Part shown: positions 35,752 to 45,568 of the stretch, piece after piece
Layout: every line of letters starts with the position of its first letter
Numbering within the stretch: position 1 is the stretch's first letter
From: a virus
IMG/VR virus record: IMGVR_UViG_3300024999_000093
Location: 3,696 to 67,695 of that record
Length of the DNA: 64,000 nucleotides
Strand: one strand, 5' to 3'
The notes under the pieces: generated by a model
Told to the model about the DNA's origin: nothing
Databases searched by the model: none
Seen by the model: the letters and a program-made list of their open reading frames with translations, nothing else
Made by a program: the position numbers and the translations under genes

Positions 35752-36747
35752 CACGCTGTTACCTTTGCGAAATATAGGAGTTAATGTTATTAAAACGTGC
35801 TTGTGTAAAGAATTTTTGCCTTGGATACCATTCGTCAACGTATGAATTATTTTTACTATTATTACAAGTCCTACACGCAGGTAATATATTTGTTTTCGTG
35901 TAGGGTCCACTTTTAGTTACGGGTATAAGATGATCTTGCTCAAGCTTCAGCTTTCTCCCACAATACGCACAGCAAAACTTAAAAGATTTCTTGCATTCGT
36001 TCCATTGCTCAGTGGTAAAATCTCTCACACTATTTGCTTCATTGGAACGTCTTTTATGTTTTGTTTTCAGCATGTAACCCTTGTGTTTTTCTGGGTTAGC
36101 TTTTATATAAGCCGTAACTCGTTTAATTATCTTTTCTCTATTCAACTCATACGTTCTGGCATGACGAATTATATTGAGCTTACTTTTATGCTCTTTATTC
36201 AGTATCCAATATTGCTTATCATATTCTCTACACTTTTCAATATTATCCCTGCGGTATTGTTTCGAGTACGCCTTGCCCTCTTCTCGATGGGCTGTGTTGT
36301 ATTCTAGCTTATACTCTGCTTTATGCTCTGCGTTGTCTACGTCCCATTTATCCTTGGACTTTTTCATGCACTTTCTGCACCATCTTTGTAGACCGTCAGA
36401 GTTAGCCTTGCATAAACTAAACTCAACTTCCTCTAATTCATTACCGCACTTTTTACACGTTTTCACATTAACTCCATTCCACAACGAGCTAATCATTTCT
36501 GTTAGCTTCTGCATGTTTCCATGCAGTTCAGACTATTACTTCCACGGTATACACCGCAGCCCTCTCAATTAGTCGTTGCAAGTGTTCTAGCTAATTATAT
36601 TATACCATTTTCGCCAACGGAATACAACATAATCTTCCAGAACTTCTTGAGCGTTTCCTTACCTTGTCCTATCTCGCTAGGCATTTGGCTTTAGGGGTTC
36701 GCCATTGATTAGAGAAGGTTTAGAGTGGGCAAAAATTAATGTATTAA
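35752..36747 (-). mobile_element. group I intron (996 nt) in major capsid gene
   Basis: P1 GUGGGU/GCCCAC with U-G at the 5' splice site; P7 GACUA/UAGUC (CAACGACUA...AAGUAAUAGUC); P3, P8, P9 (CUGCAUG-GAAA-CAUGCAG); terminal G before GAA AAT. Confidence 0.9.
35759..36466 (-). CDS. intron-encoded HNH homing endonuclease
   Basis: KTCKKC...WCRKC; CAYCG...QDHLIP...NILPACRTCNNSKN; likely GTG start 36466 after GGAG. Confidence 0.85.
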   Translation of the reverse strand: MKTCKKCGNELEEVEFSLCKANSDGLQRWCRKCMKKSKDKWDVDNAEHKAEYKLEYNTAHREEGKAYSKQYRRDNIEKCREYDKQYWILNKEHKSKLNIIRHARTYELNREKIIKRVTAYIKANPEKHKGYMLKTKHKRRSNEANSVRDFTTEQWNECKKSFKFCCAYCGRKLKLEQDHLIPVTKSGPYTKTNILPACRTCNNSKNNSYVDEWYPRQKFFTQARFNNINSYISQR

Positions 36748-36948
36748 ACCCACTGGCGAGAAGTTTCCGAGTGATGTCTCGATAGTGTACTTGTTGGCAA
36801 AGTCCTTCGTCTCGTCCATATAAAACACCTTGTCGATGATAGACATCTTCTGGAACGCTTCTTCCTGCTGTTCCAGCATCATTTTGATTGGCTCCTGTGA
36901 CTTACCGAAAATACTGTCATTAACTCCACTTGCTTTACTAAAAATCAT
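36748..36948 (-). CDS. major capsid protein, exon 1
   Basis: MIFSKASG...ETSLGNFSPVG, 67 codons, AAGGAG RBS. Confidence 0.85.
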
Positions 36949-37026
36949 TTCTTTCACTCCTTAAAATTTCAATAAAAATAGGACTCCTCATATTGAGAAG
37001 TCCCTCACTGATTCATTTCATTAAAC

Positions 37027-37428
37027 TTATCTGCGGAAATAACCTTTCACATTGGATGTAGTCGTCGCCCCATCGGTCGCGCTAATCTCAAACACGCCTG
37101 ACGAACTCGTTGCCGTTACCAAAAGACCATCGCTATGCAATGTAACCTTTGTTCCAATTACGGTAGCTGCAACGGTAGCCATACTCTTTGTGGAAAACTC
37201 CAACAGCTCAGTAACACGAATAACAGGCAAATCCGTAACAGAAGTTGACTCGGCAGTACGATCACACATTGCAATAAACTCCGGAACCCCGGTAGCCGCG
37301 CACTTCGTCAACCGTCCAGACGTTTGAGACAATGCCTCTCCCAACGTTGCACCCTCGTTATCTGTTAAAAGAAAATACTCAAATGGTGCTTGTGTCCCAT
37401 TAAGGCCACCTACTACTTTAAAAGCCAA
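37027..37428 (-). CDS. capsid-associated (decoration/cement-like) protein
   Basis: between scaffold and capsid genes, 133 aa beta-rich. Confidence 0.55.
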   Translation of the reverse strand: MAFKVVGGLNGTQAPFEYFLLTDNEGATLGEALSQTSGRLTKCAATGVPEFIAMCDRTAESTSVTDLPVIRVTELLEFSTKSMATVAATVIGTKVTLHSDGLLVTATSSSGVFEISATDGATTTSNVKGYFRR

Positions 37429-37441
37429 TTTAACTCACTCC

Positions 37442-38344
37442 TTATTTACTGTTTTTGTAATGCTTCTTATACTCATCTATTGACTTACCAGGATTAAACT
37501 TCTTGTACATACTCAACACATCATCCGGTATCCTGACCGTATCCCCTTCGACACCTTTGCCATTCCCTCGAACATGGTCCTTCGACTGAATACTATTCAG
37601 CGTAGATTGCTTGGCAGCCTCAACTTTTCGAGTCTCAATGTTCTTCCTCTCAACAACAAGATAAGCCTCGTTCAAGGTCAGCCCGGTTGAACCATTCCTC
37701 CACTTCCTCCACACATCGGGAGGTACATCAGCGACAGCCTTAATATCGGGATACTCCTTCGTCAACTCATCGAATGAACTAACTAAAAAGCTATCCTCCT
37801 GCGCCCTGATCGCAGCTTGCTTAAATTCTCTTGCTGCTTGAAGGTCTGGATGCTCATCTACGAGCTTCTTTACCATGTCTGGGTCAATTCCCTTAGCCGC
37901 GTATTCCTCGCGCCTTAGAGCTTCCTCAAATTGAGCTACGTTGTGGATGCCATGACTTTGCCCATACTTCTCCGCTACATCAGCATCGGAGAACACCCCA
38001 TATTGCCCGAACTTCTTGGCAATCTGAATATCCCTTTGATGTTGTGCCTCGACCTCCGCTACTCGACGTTCTGCCGCCTCTGACTTCCGTCGAAGTTCAG
38101 CAAACGCGGCATTCTGCTCGGGGGACTGTTTAGGCTTGGTGTCTACCTCAACGCCTTTATCGATCGTTCCTTCACTTTGGCTTGCTTCAAGCTCTGTGGA
38201 CCCTGTTGATATATCGGCTGAGTTATCTGTTGATTCAGTGGACTCCGTTGACCCGCTCGTCTCTTGTGATGTAGCGACTGCACCACTTCCGCTATCTACC
38301 TCATCCATAAATGGACGTAAATTCATATTTAATAGCTTGAACAT
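37442..38344 (-). CDS. scaffolding protein
   Basis: acidic disordered N-terminus, QSPEQNAAFAELRRK coiled coil; upstream of capsid. Confidence 0.7.
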   Translation of the reverse strand: MFKLLNMNLRPFMDEVDSGSGAVATSQETSGSTESTESTDNSADISTGSTELEASQSEGTIDKGVEVDTKPKQSPEQNAAFAELRRKSEAAERRVAEVEAQHQRDIQIAKKFGQYGVFSDADVAEKYGQSHGIHNVAQFEEALRREEYAAKGIDPDMVKKLVDEHPDLQAAREFKQAAIRAQEDSFLVSSFDELTKEYPDIKAVADVPPDVWRKWRNGSTGLTLNEAYLVVERKNIETRKVEAAKQSTLNSIQSKDHVRGNGKGVEGDTVRIPDDVLSMYKKFNPGKSIDEYKKHYKNSK

Positions 38345-38450
38345 ATCAATTCTCCTTTGCGTATCTTTCAGCCGCCGCCGTATTGCATCTATAAGGAAGA
38401 TGAGTCCTGCCCCAAATTAGGCAAAGAGAAAGACGGCTGTAATTGCCGTC

Positions 38451-38579
38451 TTATTTACCCGAACCACTACGAAGGTCTTTGCCTGTTTTCTTTACAGGGT
38501 TAGCATTCTTTTTGTCCATGTTGGTTGCCTTAATGTACCCTGCGCTGTTTTGAGGGATTTTCATGTTTTTCTCTGCCAT
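38451..38579 (-). CDS. small basic protein
   Basis: Manual translation MAEKNMKIPQNSAGYIKATNMDKKNANPVKKTGKDLRSGSGK. Confidence 0.5.
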   Translation of the reverse strand: MAEKNMKIPQNSAGYIKATNMDKKNANPVKKTGKDLRSGSGK

Positions 38580-38646
38580 TACTTGTCACCACCTTTCAAT
38601 GAAAATTGGCAAAAAATAAGAACCTTCTCGGTTCGTCAGTTGGCGT

Positions 38647-39054
38647 TTATTTAATTCCGTATTTAGCAGATTGAAGAAGGAAGCCAAGCATTTTCCACAC
38701 CTGATTGTAAATCCTATCCCTACATATCCCCTCACCAATGTCTTGGCTGTAATTAGAAGGGTCAACACATGAAGAAGATTCCGTAATAACAAACCCATTT
38801 CCTAGAGTGGCGTTTGCTATGGTGGTTTTATCTCCCCACTTCGTAAACTCAATATCCTTAACAAAGTCATGCACGTTACGCTCGACGATAGTGTTGTTGT
38901 CGCCAACCTGCATATACGCTTTCTCGAATACGTCTTCTGGCGACCAACTTACATAACCGTCAGGATAAACAACCTTATAACCATTCTCGTTGTTTCTCAT
39001 TTGTCGTTCCGCTTCGATCATCTTGAATCCAATATACTTTTCCATTTCTAACAC
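38647..39054 (-). CDS. Gp49/DUF2829-like phage protein
   Basis: GYKVVYPDGYVSWSP...NGFVITESSSCVDPSNY..IGEGIC...WKMLGFLL. Confidence 0.7.
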   Translation of the reverse strand: MLEMEKYIGFKMIEAERQMRNNENGYKVVYPDGYVSWSPEDVFEKAYMQVGDNNTIVERNVHDFVKDIEFTKWGDKTTIANATLGNGFVITESSSCVDPSNYSQDIGEGICRDRIYNQVWKMLGFLLQSAKYGIK

Positions 39055-39284
39055 TTCCCTTTCTTCATTCCGCTTTTCTTACCTGTTGAGCTACCCTTCT
39101 TGGGAGGAATTCCCACGCCCGGCATTGCCTTCATTAACATCATGTCGATTTTTAAGGAGGGCTTTTTAGTTGGTTTCTTCATTATTGCTATTAGCCTCCT
39201 TGTTAACTATTTCCTTTTCCCAATGGCACACTTCGCAGGGGCCATTCGGAGTTACTGAGCAAATTTCGCAAGGCATATGTGCTA

Positions 39285-39713
39285 TTACTGTTGCCCTCCT
39301 TTGATTAAGTCCTTAACCGAATAAACAGAAGTAAATATTTTTGCAAGATTTACAACCGTTGTTTCAACGTATTGCAACTTCTGTCTTCTAACTATTGACG
39401 GCGAGTCCACTTCGTCCATCAAATCATCTGCCATGTCGCTTATATCCGCTACGACAATGTGATAAAGCTCATGGACTATTGACTCCTCCCAATGCTCGTT
39501 TAATCCAGTGTGATCAACATTGACATGAATTATGGCTTCCTTTCTCAACCTGTGACGCTCGCACATCATGGCGGTATCAAGGTTGTCAGAATTAAAGATA
39601 TGCTTCATCTCGTATTGGCTAATATAGTCAAGCGAGATATCCCAATCCTGAATTCTGAGCATTTTAACAAGCGACCTTACTACTTCTTCAAGCTTTTCTT
39701 TTGAGGGTAGCAA
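39285..39713 (-). CDS. putative zinc metallopeptidase
   Basis: IVHELYH (HExxH). Confidence 0.55.
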   Translation of the reverse strand: MLPSKEKLEEVVRSLVKMLRIQDWDISLDYISQYEMKHIFNSDNLDTAMMCERHRLRKEAIIHVNVDHTGLNEHWEESIVHELYHIVVADISDMADDLMDEVDSPSIVRRQKLQYVETTVVNLAKIFTSVYSVKDLIKGGQQ

Positions 39714-41864
39714 TTACTGTTGCCCTCCCTGCTGTTGCATCAACATCTCAACAATTTGCATTTTCTGCTCATCAGGCGCATTTTTAAAGGCTTCCTGTTC
39801 TTCTGGACTCATATTCGCTAATGCTTCCTGTACGACTCGCGTTACTTGTTCCTGTGGATTCATACCACCCTGCATCTGTTGGGGCTGTGGCGGAGCTTGA
39901 GTGGCTTCTAGTGACATGTTGAGTTGTTGTGGTTCTGTTGTCTGTGGCTTGGCTTGTTGTTGTGGTTGTGGCATCTGTAATAATTGTCCCATTTGCTCTG
40001 GTTGACCTCCTTGCGACTTGATGCCCATCTTACCTAGCATCTGCGATTGAGCGTCAGGCATAAGGTCTTCATAGTTGATGGATATCTTAGCCTCCGGTTG
40101 TGGTGGTGGTGCTTTGGCCTGTGCTTCCATCTGCTTAGTCAGACTGTCAAGGATTGCCTTGGCATTCGGATATTTTTGCGAAACCATTTGTGTCCAAAAT
40201 GCGGTAGATGCAGGGCCGGGGTTATACGCTCCGTACTTCAGCATTTCAGTCGCTTGGGAGAATAGCCACATCTTATCTCTTGGTAATCCCATCCCTGCGT
40301 CTGCCTGAAATATAAAGTCCGTGTTGTAGTAAAGTTCGCCGGCAGCATCCCGGACAAGGAAGGCATATTTGTTAAAGTCGCCATAGTTGTCTTTTCCGTT
40401 AGCATCTTTGGTCACAAAGGGACGAAGTTCATCATAGAAAGCAAGTTTGAACTCGAACATAGTTTCATAAAGTTGTTTGTAGGCAGCGTACTTGTTGGCT
40501 TCTTTTGAGCGTAGGCGACCGGACGCTTGCTGCACTTGGATTTGTTTAGCGATCCCCGATACTGCGGTCGAGTCTGATTTGCCTTGATATGAGTTTGTGA
40601 TGCCAAGAGTGGACTGAGCTGCCTTGTATTGTTGTTGTGCAAAGGCCAGGTCGTTACTGATGTTGGCGGATAGATTTTTTACATTGAGTGCTGCTAATTC
40701 AGATTGGTTCCCTCTAATGATTCCGTACAACTCGTTGGACAGGTTGAACCTATGCCCTTCGAGTGCTGTGACCACAACGGAACCGCGCAATATCTTTTCT
40801 TCAATGGTGGATACTACTTTTTTGTAAGCGTCTTGTTGGTCGCGGATTACATCGACATCAGATTGACCGCCGAAATGGAAATTAAGAGGGATGTTTTCGC
40901 GAATGATTAATGGGTAGCGTGTTGGAGTGAAGTAGGGAACTTCTGTGCCAGGAGGAAGGACTTCTCCGGGTTGTCCATTAACAGAGGCAAGAGTTACTTC
41001 TGTGGCAAGCGTCTCGAACTTCTGGATTTTACCGTCAATTCTTCGTGCATAGAAGTTGCTCATATCTTCTAATATTTCGTCCTCGCACCATGTAAGCTTG
41101 CTAATCTCTCCATCGTCATTGCGATACCAACAGACAACTTCTGTCACCATGTCGGGGTTATTCGGTTGAGAAGTGTTATTAACTGTGCTTATGTTAGGGA
41201 ATTGTTCGCCTGAGTTTTCGAGATCCACATCATAGCGCTTTTTGATGTAGTTTTTTGTGACTGATGAGAGAATAAAGAAGTAGTCCATAGCTTGGAGGGA
41301 AAACACGCCGGGTTGCGGAACAATGCGTTTTGGATGAATAGACTCTATTTCTAATTCCCCGCGGTAAAGATGATGTTTAAAATCAGGATTCCAGCCTACC
41401 AGCATTGCAGAATAGCCTTGAACGGGTGTTATGCGCTCGTTTATGTCGTTTATTGCTGTCATGCCTAGTTCTGTTATGTCAGAGGTGAGGGAGTCTTCTA
41501 TCATTGTGGCTTGTGCTTCATAGCCGGGGAGTTTAGTGCGAACTGAGGGTTGGGGGATGGTGGAGTCAACGCCTGTTTCTATGAACTCTAGGACTAGGTT
41601 GACCACGTTGTTAGCTTGCTTCCTTCGTCCATTCGATGTTCTCTGATTTACGTTGGCATCTACGGTTGAAGTTCCTAGGTAGATGGCTTCTCGCTCGTCT
41701 CTTAATACGTCGAGGTCTGAGTTTTGTGCTTCTGCTAACTTGTCTTGCCACTTCTTCAGCTTTTCTTGTTGTTCGGATTCTTCTTTTTGTTTTTTTATGG
41801 AAGTTTTTACTTTGTCCACCACCTTTGCGCCGAAGTCTTTTATCTTATCAAGCAATTGCATCAC
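39714..41864 (-). CDS. portal protein
   Basis: 716 aa after TerL; DQQDAY, LGITNSYQG, Q-rich tail as in P22-like portals. Confidence 0.8.
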   Translation of the reverse strand: MMQLLDKIKDFGAKVVDKVKTSIKKQKEESEQQEKLKKWQDKLAEAQNSDLDVLRDEREAIYLGTSTVDANVNQRTSNGRRKQANNVVNLVLEFIETGVDSTIPQPSVRTKLPGYEAQATMIEDSLTSDITELGMTAINDINERITPVQGYSAMLVGWNPDFKHHLYRGELEIESIHPKRIVPQPGVFSLQAMDYFFILSSVTKNYIKKRYDVDLENSGEQFPNISTVNNTSQPNNPDMVTEVVCWYRNDDGEISKLTWCEDEILEDMSNFYARRIDGKIQKFETLATEVTLASVNGQPGEVLPPGTEVPYFTPTRYPLIIRENIPLNFHFGGQSDVDVIRDQQDAYKKVVSTIEEKILRGSVVVTALEGHRFNLSNELYGIIRGNQSELAALNVKNLSANISNDLAFAQQQYKAAQSTLGITNSYQGKSDSTAVSGIAKQIQVQQASGRLRSKEANKYAAYKQLYETMFEFKLAFYDELRPFVTKDANGKDNYGDFNKYAFLVRDAAGELYYNTDFIFQADAGMGLPRDKMWLFSQATEMLKYGAYNPGPASTAFWTQMVSQKYPNAKAILDSLTKQMEAQAKAPPPQPEAKISINYEDLMPDAQSQMLGKMGIKSQGGQPEQMGQLLQMPQPQQQAKPQTTEPQQLNMSLEATQAPPQPQQMQGGMNPQEQVTRVVQEALANMSPEEQEAFKNAPDEQKMQIVEMLMQQQGGQQ

Positions 41865-41918
41865 CCCCTAAAAATGAGCATAAGAAAAGCACCCCGAAGG
41901 ATGCTGTGGATTTCTTTT

Positions 41919-42884
41919 TTAAAATAGAGCTAGTTGTTGGCGATTGTCTTTATAGCCGAGGTAGAAGAGGATTTTTTGTTCCTTGGCTAATGCGTATGTA
42001 GGCTGTCTACGGAACCATGTTTTCCATTCGCTCGCCCTTTTGCTACTATTGCAACTTTTACATGAACCTATAATATTTTGGGAGGTCATTTCCCCGCCGT
42101 TATGAACAGGTACTAGGTGTTCTTTAGTAAGAGGAACCTCTTTTCCACAAAAGCAACATTTATTGTCGAAGTGCTGTTTCGCTGCTACCCATTGTTCTAC
42201 CGTGAGAGTATGTGCAAGTTTTTTCTTCTTAGCCTCATACCTCATACTGAGTAAATTGCATAGTTCCCTGTTTTCTGACCTCCATAACTTATTTCTAGCG
42301 TTAACGTATTCCTTGTTATTGATATAATAACGCCTTCCATATTCGGCCATATATTCTTTATTTTCCGCCCTATACATGCGGTTGTATTCGGATGCCGTTT
42401 CTTTATGACTTAAACGGTATAACCTTTGAACGGCATATACGGCAGGTTTATTGTTTTCTCGATATTCCCTACATCTCGTTATTATGATGATCTTGTTTTC
42501 TTGATAAAATTTCTTTTGCTGGATAGATTTTTCTTTTATATGCCCAGAGCGATATATTGCATTCTTTGTCATTATGGATTCTTTATTTTCCTTGAAATAC
42601 TCTTGATCATATTCGGATGTACATATTCTGCATATCCCCTTTAGTCCATCCTTGCTATCTTTTCTTGGTCCGAAATATTCATTTGTCGCTAAAAGTTCAT
42701 CTCCACACCCAGAACATATCTTAAACCCTTCCTTAGCGATAGGTTTCGGGTGAGTGAAGTTTCTCCCTCTGCACTCTTTACACATAGGGCATAATCCGTC
42801 TTTCTTTGCGGATTGCGTGCTGAAATGGTTTTTGTCTGCAGGTAAATCTCGTTCGCATTTGGAACACGTTTTCATTTCAGGCAT
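41919..42884 (-). CDS. free-standing HNH endonuclease (paralogue of 31889-32905)
   Basis: CSKC..CKEC repeats; CCFCG...EHLVP...NIIGSCKSCNSSK; similar C-terminal QQLALF. Confidence 0.85.
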   Translation of the reverse strand: MPEMKTCSKCERDLPADKNHFSTQSAKKDGLCPMCKECRGRNFTHPKPIAKEGFKICSGCGDELLATNEYFGPRKDSKDGLKGICRICTSEYDQEYFKENKESIMTKNAIYRSGHIKEKSIQQKKFYQENKIIIITRCREYRENNKPAVYAVQRLYRLSHKETASEYNRMYRAENKEYMAEYGRRYYINNKEYVNARNKLWRSENRELCNLLSMRYEAKKKKLAHTLTVEQWVAAKQHFDNKCCFCGKEVPLTKEHLVPVHNGGEMTSQNIIGSCKSCNSSKRASEWKTWFRRQPTYALAKEQKILFYLGYKDNRQQLALF

Positions 42885-42888
42885 AAAT

Positions 42889-42982
42889 AATAACCCTCCT
42901 AAAGGTTTTTCTTTTTCCTAGCTTAGTAAAAGTGGAAGGCATCTAGGATAATGCCTTGTCGGGTAGCTCTCCCTATCCACTC
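42889..42982 (-). promoter_or_regulatory. structured leader RNA, copy 2, upstream of HNH
   Basis: AGTGG/CCACT, GGG..CCC, AAGGCAT-TATCCTAG-ATGCCTT; 34 nt identical to copy 1 including RBS; TGGTATAAT overlaps the terL stop. Confidence 0.65.
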
Positions 42983-42987
42983 TTATA

Positions 42988-44604
42988 TTATACCACTTTT
43001 TGAGGCATTCTACCAATCTTTGAAAGGATATATTGACGTTCTTCATTATTTTTACAGTTGAAAATATCCTCAAGAACGTCTTCTGGCAGATTATCATAAT
43101 CAACCGTAAATTCTAATTCCGTTTTATTGCTGTGATGGGAAATTAATCCATATCCTACGGAATCTGCCCAGTGATCTACCGCACATTCTTGAATCTTTTC
43201 AGGGTCTTTTTCATCTATCAGCAATTGTGGCAACGTCTCAATTATTTTTGTACAATTACTAAATATCTTTACTTTGCTCGTTAACTTTTCCGTATTTTCG
43301 TCATAGTAAGGTTTTAAGTATTCATGAAAAGCAGCCTTTCTTAGCATCCTATCGGTTACCGCTCTCAATGAATCGGTTACGCCACCCTCGATATAAAAGT
43401 CGATAATAGATTTGCCTTGCGGAGTATTATTGCTTTTGGTAAGAGGATGAACCGACCACGCATCATGCCCTACCACAGTAAAGCCAATGCGTTCTGAGCC
43501 TGACTTCAAAACAACTTGTCTGGCTTGATCTGAATAACTTACCTTGGGGTCCTTAGGTTCCCTTGTATACTCTCTGTAGATATAAACCGTTCCACCCTCA
43601 TCCACCGCGTACCAGTACCACGCAAAGGGGTCAGTGTAACCATTGTCGCACGACCGCCAACGCCGCCAGTGGTCGGGAATCTTAAACGGAGTTACTACAT
43701 GCAAATCATAGCTAAACTCAGGAAAAGCAACTCCATCTGCTGACTCAAAAGCCTCCTCAGGTGTCGCCGGATACTCAGCTTTATAAGAATTAGGCAAATC
43801 TTTCTTTGTTTGCTCGTACCATTCCTGAGTTCTCCTTGGGTCCGTATCCCACGGAAGAAATACTCTAGCAAAAGTATTTACACCCTGAGTAGCCATTCTC
43901 CATACTTCCTCGAACAATGTCATGCGCTTTGCCGTGGATAGACCGATTACCTTACCGCCTGTTGGTCTATTTATTGTAGGGTAGGCAGAATTCCAAATAC
44001 CACGCGCCCACTGTTGGAATGCCCACTCATCAAGAATAACCAGATTGACAGTAAGTGACCGTCCCGAATCTTCCGCAGCCGTTAATGAAGTGAATACGCT
44101 AGGTTCTCCATTTGGATGATTGATAGTAACGCTCAGTGTGGTCATTTCCCACGTCGGACCGTTCCATTTACCTGCGGTCTTTTTCTCCCTAATCATGGAA
44201 GGAGGGAGATATTTTAAAATAAATCCAATGCGCCTTGCTAATTCTTTTGCATCCTCTTCGCGTTTTGACATTGCTATTACCGCATATCCAGACCTATTAA
44301 CTATGTTCCACACGGCAAACGCTAAGGCTAACCAAGATAATCCTAATTGCCTCGCTTTGAGAACAATATTTAACTTGTTATTTATGAAACTTTCTAGTGC
44401 TTCTACCTGTTTGGGCCATAAAGTAAAAGGAACCGCTAACTCAGTCGAGTCACGGTCCTCTATCTTCACGAACTTTTCTATAAAGTATTGACAACTTCTT
44501 CTGCCTAACTCAGCCTGTATTAAAGCTAAGCTCGGCAAATCACTCTGCTTTATCTTCGGCTTAGACACAGCATCATCAGCCTTCTTCACCTTTGCTTCTG
44601 CCAT
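42988..44604 (-). CDS. terL: terminase large subunit
   Basis: LKARQLGLSW, ILDEWAF, LSTA, RNaseH-like DNGYTDP, DHWADSVGY. Confidence 0.92.
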   Translation of the reverse strand: MAEAKVKKADDAVSKPKIKQSDLPSLALIQAELGRRSCQYFIEKFVKIEDRDSTELAVPFTLWPKQVEALESFINNKLNIVLKARQLGLSWLALAFAVWNIVNRSGYAVIAMSKREEDAKELARRIGFILKYLPPSMIREKKTAGKWNGPTWEMTTLSVTINHPNGEPSVFTSLTAAEDSGRSLTVNLVILDEWAFQQWARGIWNSAYPTINRPTGGKVIGLSTAKRMTLFEEVWRMATQGVNTFARVFLPWDTDPRRTQEWYEQTKKDLPNSYKAEYPATPEEAFESADGVAFPEFSYDLHVVTPFKIPDHWRRWRSCDNGYTDPFAWYWYAVDEGGTVYIYREYTREPKDPKVSYSDQARQVVLKSGSERIGFTVVGHDAWSVHPLTKSNNTPQGKSIIDFYIEGGVTDSLRAVTDRMLRKAAFHEYLKPYYDENTEKLTSKVKIFSNCTKIIETLPQLLIDEKDPEKIQECAVDHWADSVGYGLISHHSNKTELEFTVDYDNLPEDVLEDIFNCKNNEERQYILSKIGRMPQKVV

Positions 44605-44774
44605 TTGCCATCACCTTTCACCAATTAAACTCTGCCAACATCCCCACCGCTATAGCACCTTTTTCGTCTACACACTTCTCTCCACCCCAAAATGTGCATG
44701 AAGCGCAGTTAGTTTTCTCATATGTAGGGTCTGTTGGGTTGAACTTTTTACATGCTCTGTTCTCTCCCATGATT

Positions 44775-45011
44775 TCACTTCCTTGGTATCGGATCAAACT
44801 CATCATTATGAGCCATAAAAGTTAGGTTCTCTCGCATTATTCCGACCATACCAACCGCATCTACATACGAATAGCAAGCAGGTTTAGAATAGAATGTCCC
44901 ATCTTTATCGACAAAGCAGATAATCATTTGGTCGATGTTGTCCTTCTGTCTTACTAGTTCATCTATCATATCGTGGATAGGATTTGGTTTAAGATTGACT
45001 ACGTTATCCAT
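44775..45011 (-). CDS. hypothetical protein
   Basis: 78 aa ORF with RBS. Confidence 0.45.
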   Translation of the reverse strand: MDNVVNLKPNPIHDMIDELVRQKDNIDQMIICFVDKDGTFYSKPACYSYVDAVGMVGIMRENLTFMAHNDEFDPIPRK

Positions 45012-45055
45012 TGGTAATCCTCCAAATTATATTAAATGGCAAGGGTGTGCCATTT

Positions 45056-45289
45056 TTACTGTATAGGAGTTATTCTTGTAACCATGTAAAACGGTTTTTG
45101 TTGTTCTCCATTAAAGAACATTGACGCACTACATGGTCTTTTTAGCGTTTCCAATACTCTTAATAATGGGTTAAGAACGTGTGCCGGAATCTCCAGGTTA
45201 TCTCTCTCATCCATATCCAAAAATTTTACTAATGCTGATTCAGTGTCAAACGCTGAAATGCTAGGGTTAATATCTTTCATAAATGCCAT
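45056..45289 (-). CDS. hypothetical protein
   Basis: 77 aa ORF with RBS. Confidence 0.4.
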   Translation of the reverse strand: MAFMKDINPSISAFDTESALVKFLDMDERDNLEIPAHVLNPLLRVLETLKRPCSASMFFNGEQQKPFYMVTRITPIQ

Positions 45290-45491
45290 CTCCTTTTACT
45301 TTATCCTTTTTACCATTACCCTTGCCCTTGCCAAAATTAGCTTGTACTTAACCTTTGCCGATTCGTTTAAATATACGTTTGGTTGAATATTGCTTGTCCT
45401 TAATGTGTGGACGGGTTATGGGTGGTAGTTTTCAATGGGTTTAGAGTGGGAAGAAGGGGGAAGGGGAAACAAAGGTTTTAGTAGGAATCAA

Positions 45492-45534
45492 GTGGGGTCA
45501 TATCGCCCCACTCAGTGGGGTCATATCGCCCCAC
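45492..45534. repeat. tandem palindromic 20-mer repeat
   Basis: GTGGGGTCATATCGCCCCAC at 45492 and 45515. Confidence 0.85.
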
Positions 45535-45568
45535 CCCCTACCCTGAGAACCGCCTGTACCAAGGGCTG

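Noticed and set aside
35752-35910. N-terminal 53 codons of track ORF 34951-35910 as the capsid start
   Set aside because: They lie inside the intron and overlap the HNH gene; the real N-terminus is exon 1 at 36748-36948
31889-42982. HNH + upstream RNA as an IscB/HEARO-type RNA-guided nuclease
   Set aside because: No RuvC motifs or PLMP N-terminus, the RNA is only ~100 nt, and its variable loop pairs locally with the RBS rather than resembling a guide
45492-45534. Mini CRISPR array
   Set aside because: Only two repeats separated by 3 nt, no spacer, no cas genes; no CRISPR array seen in the window
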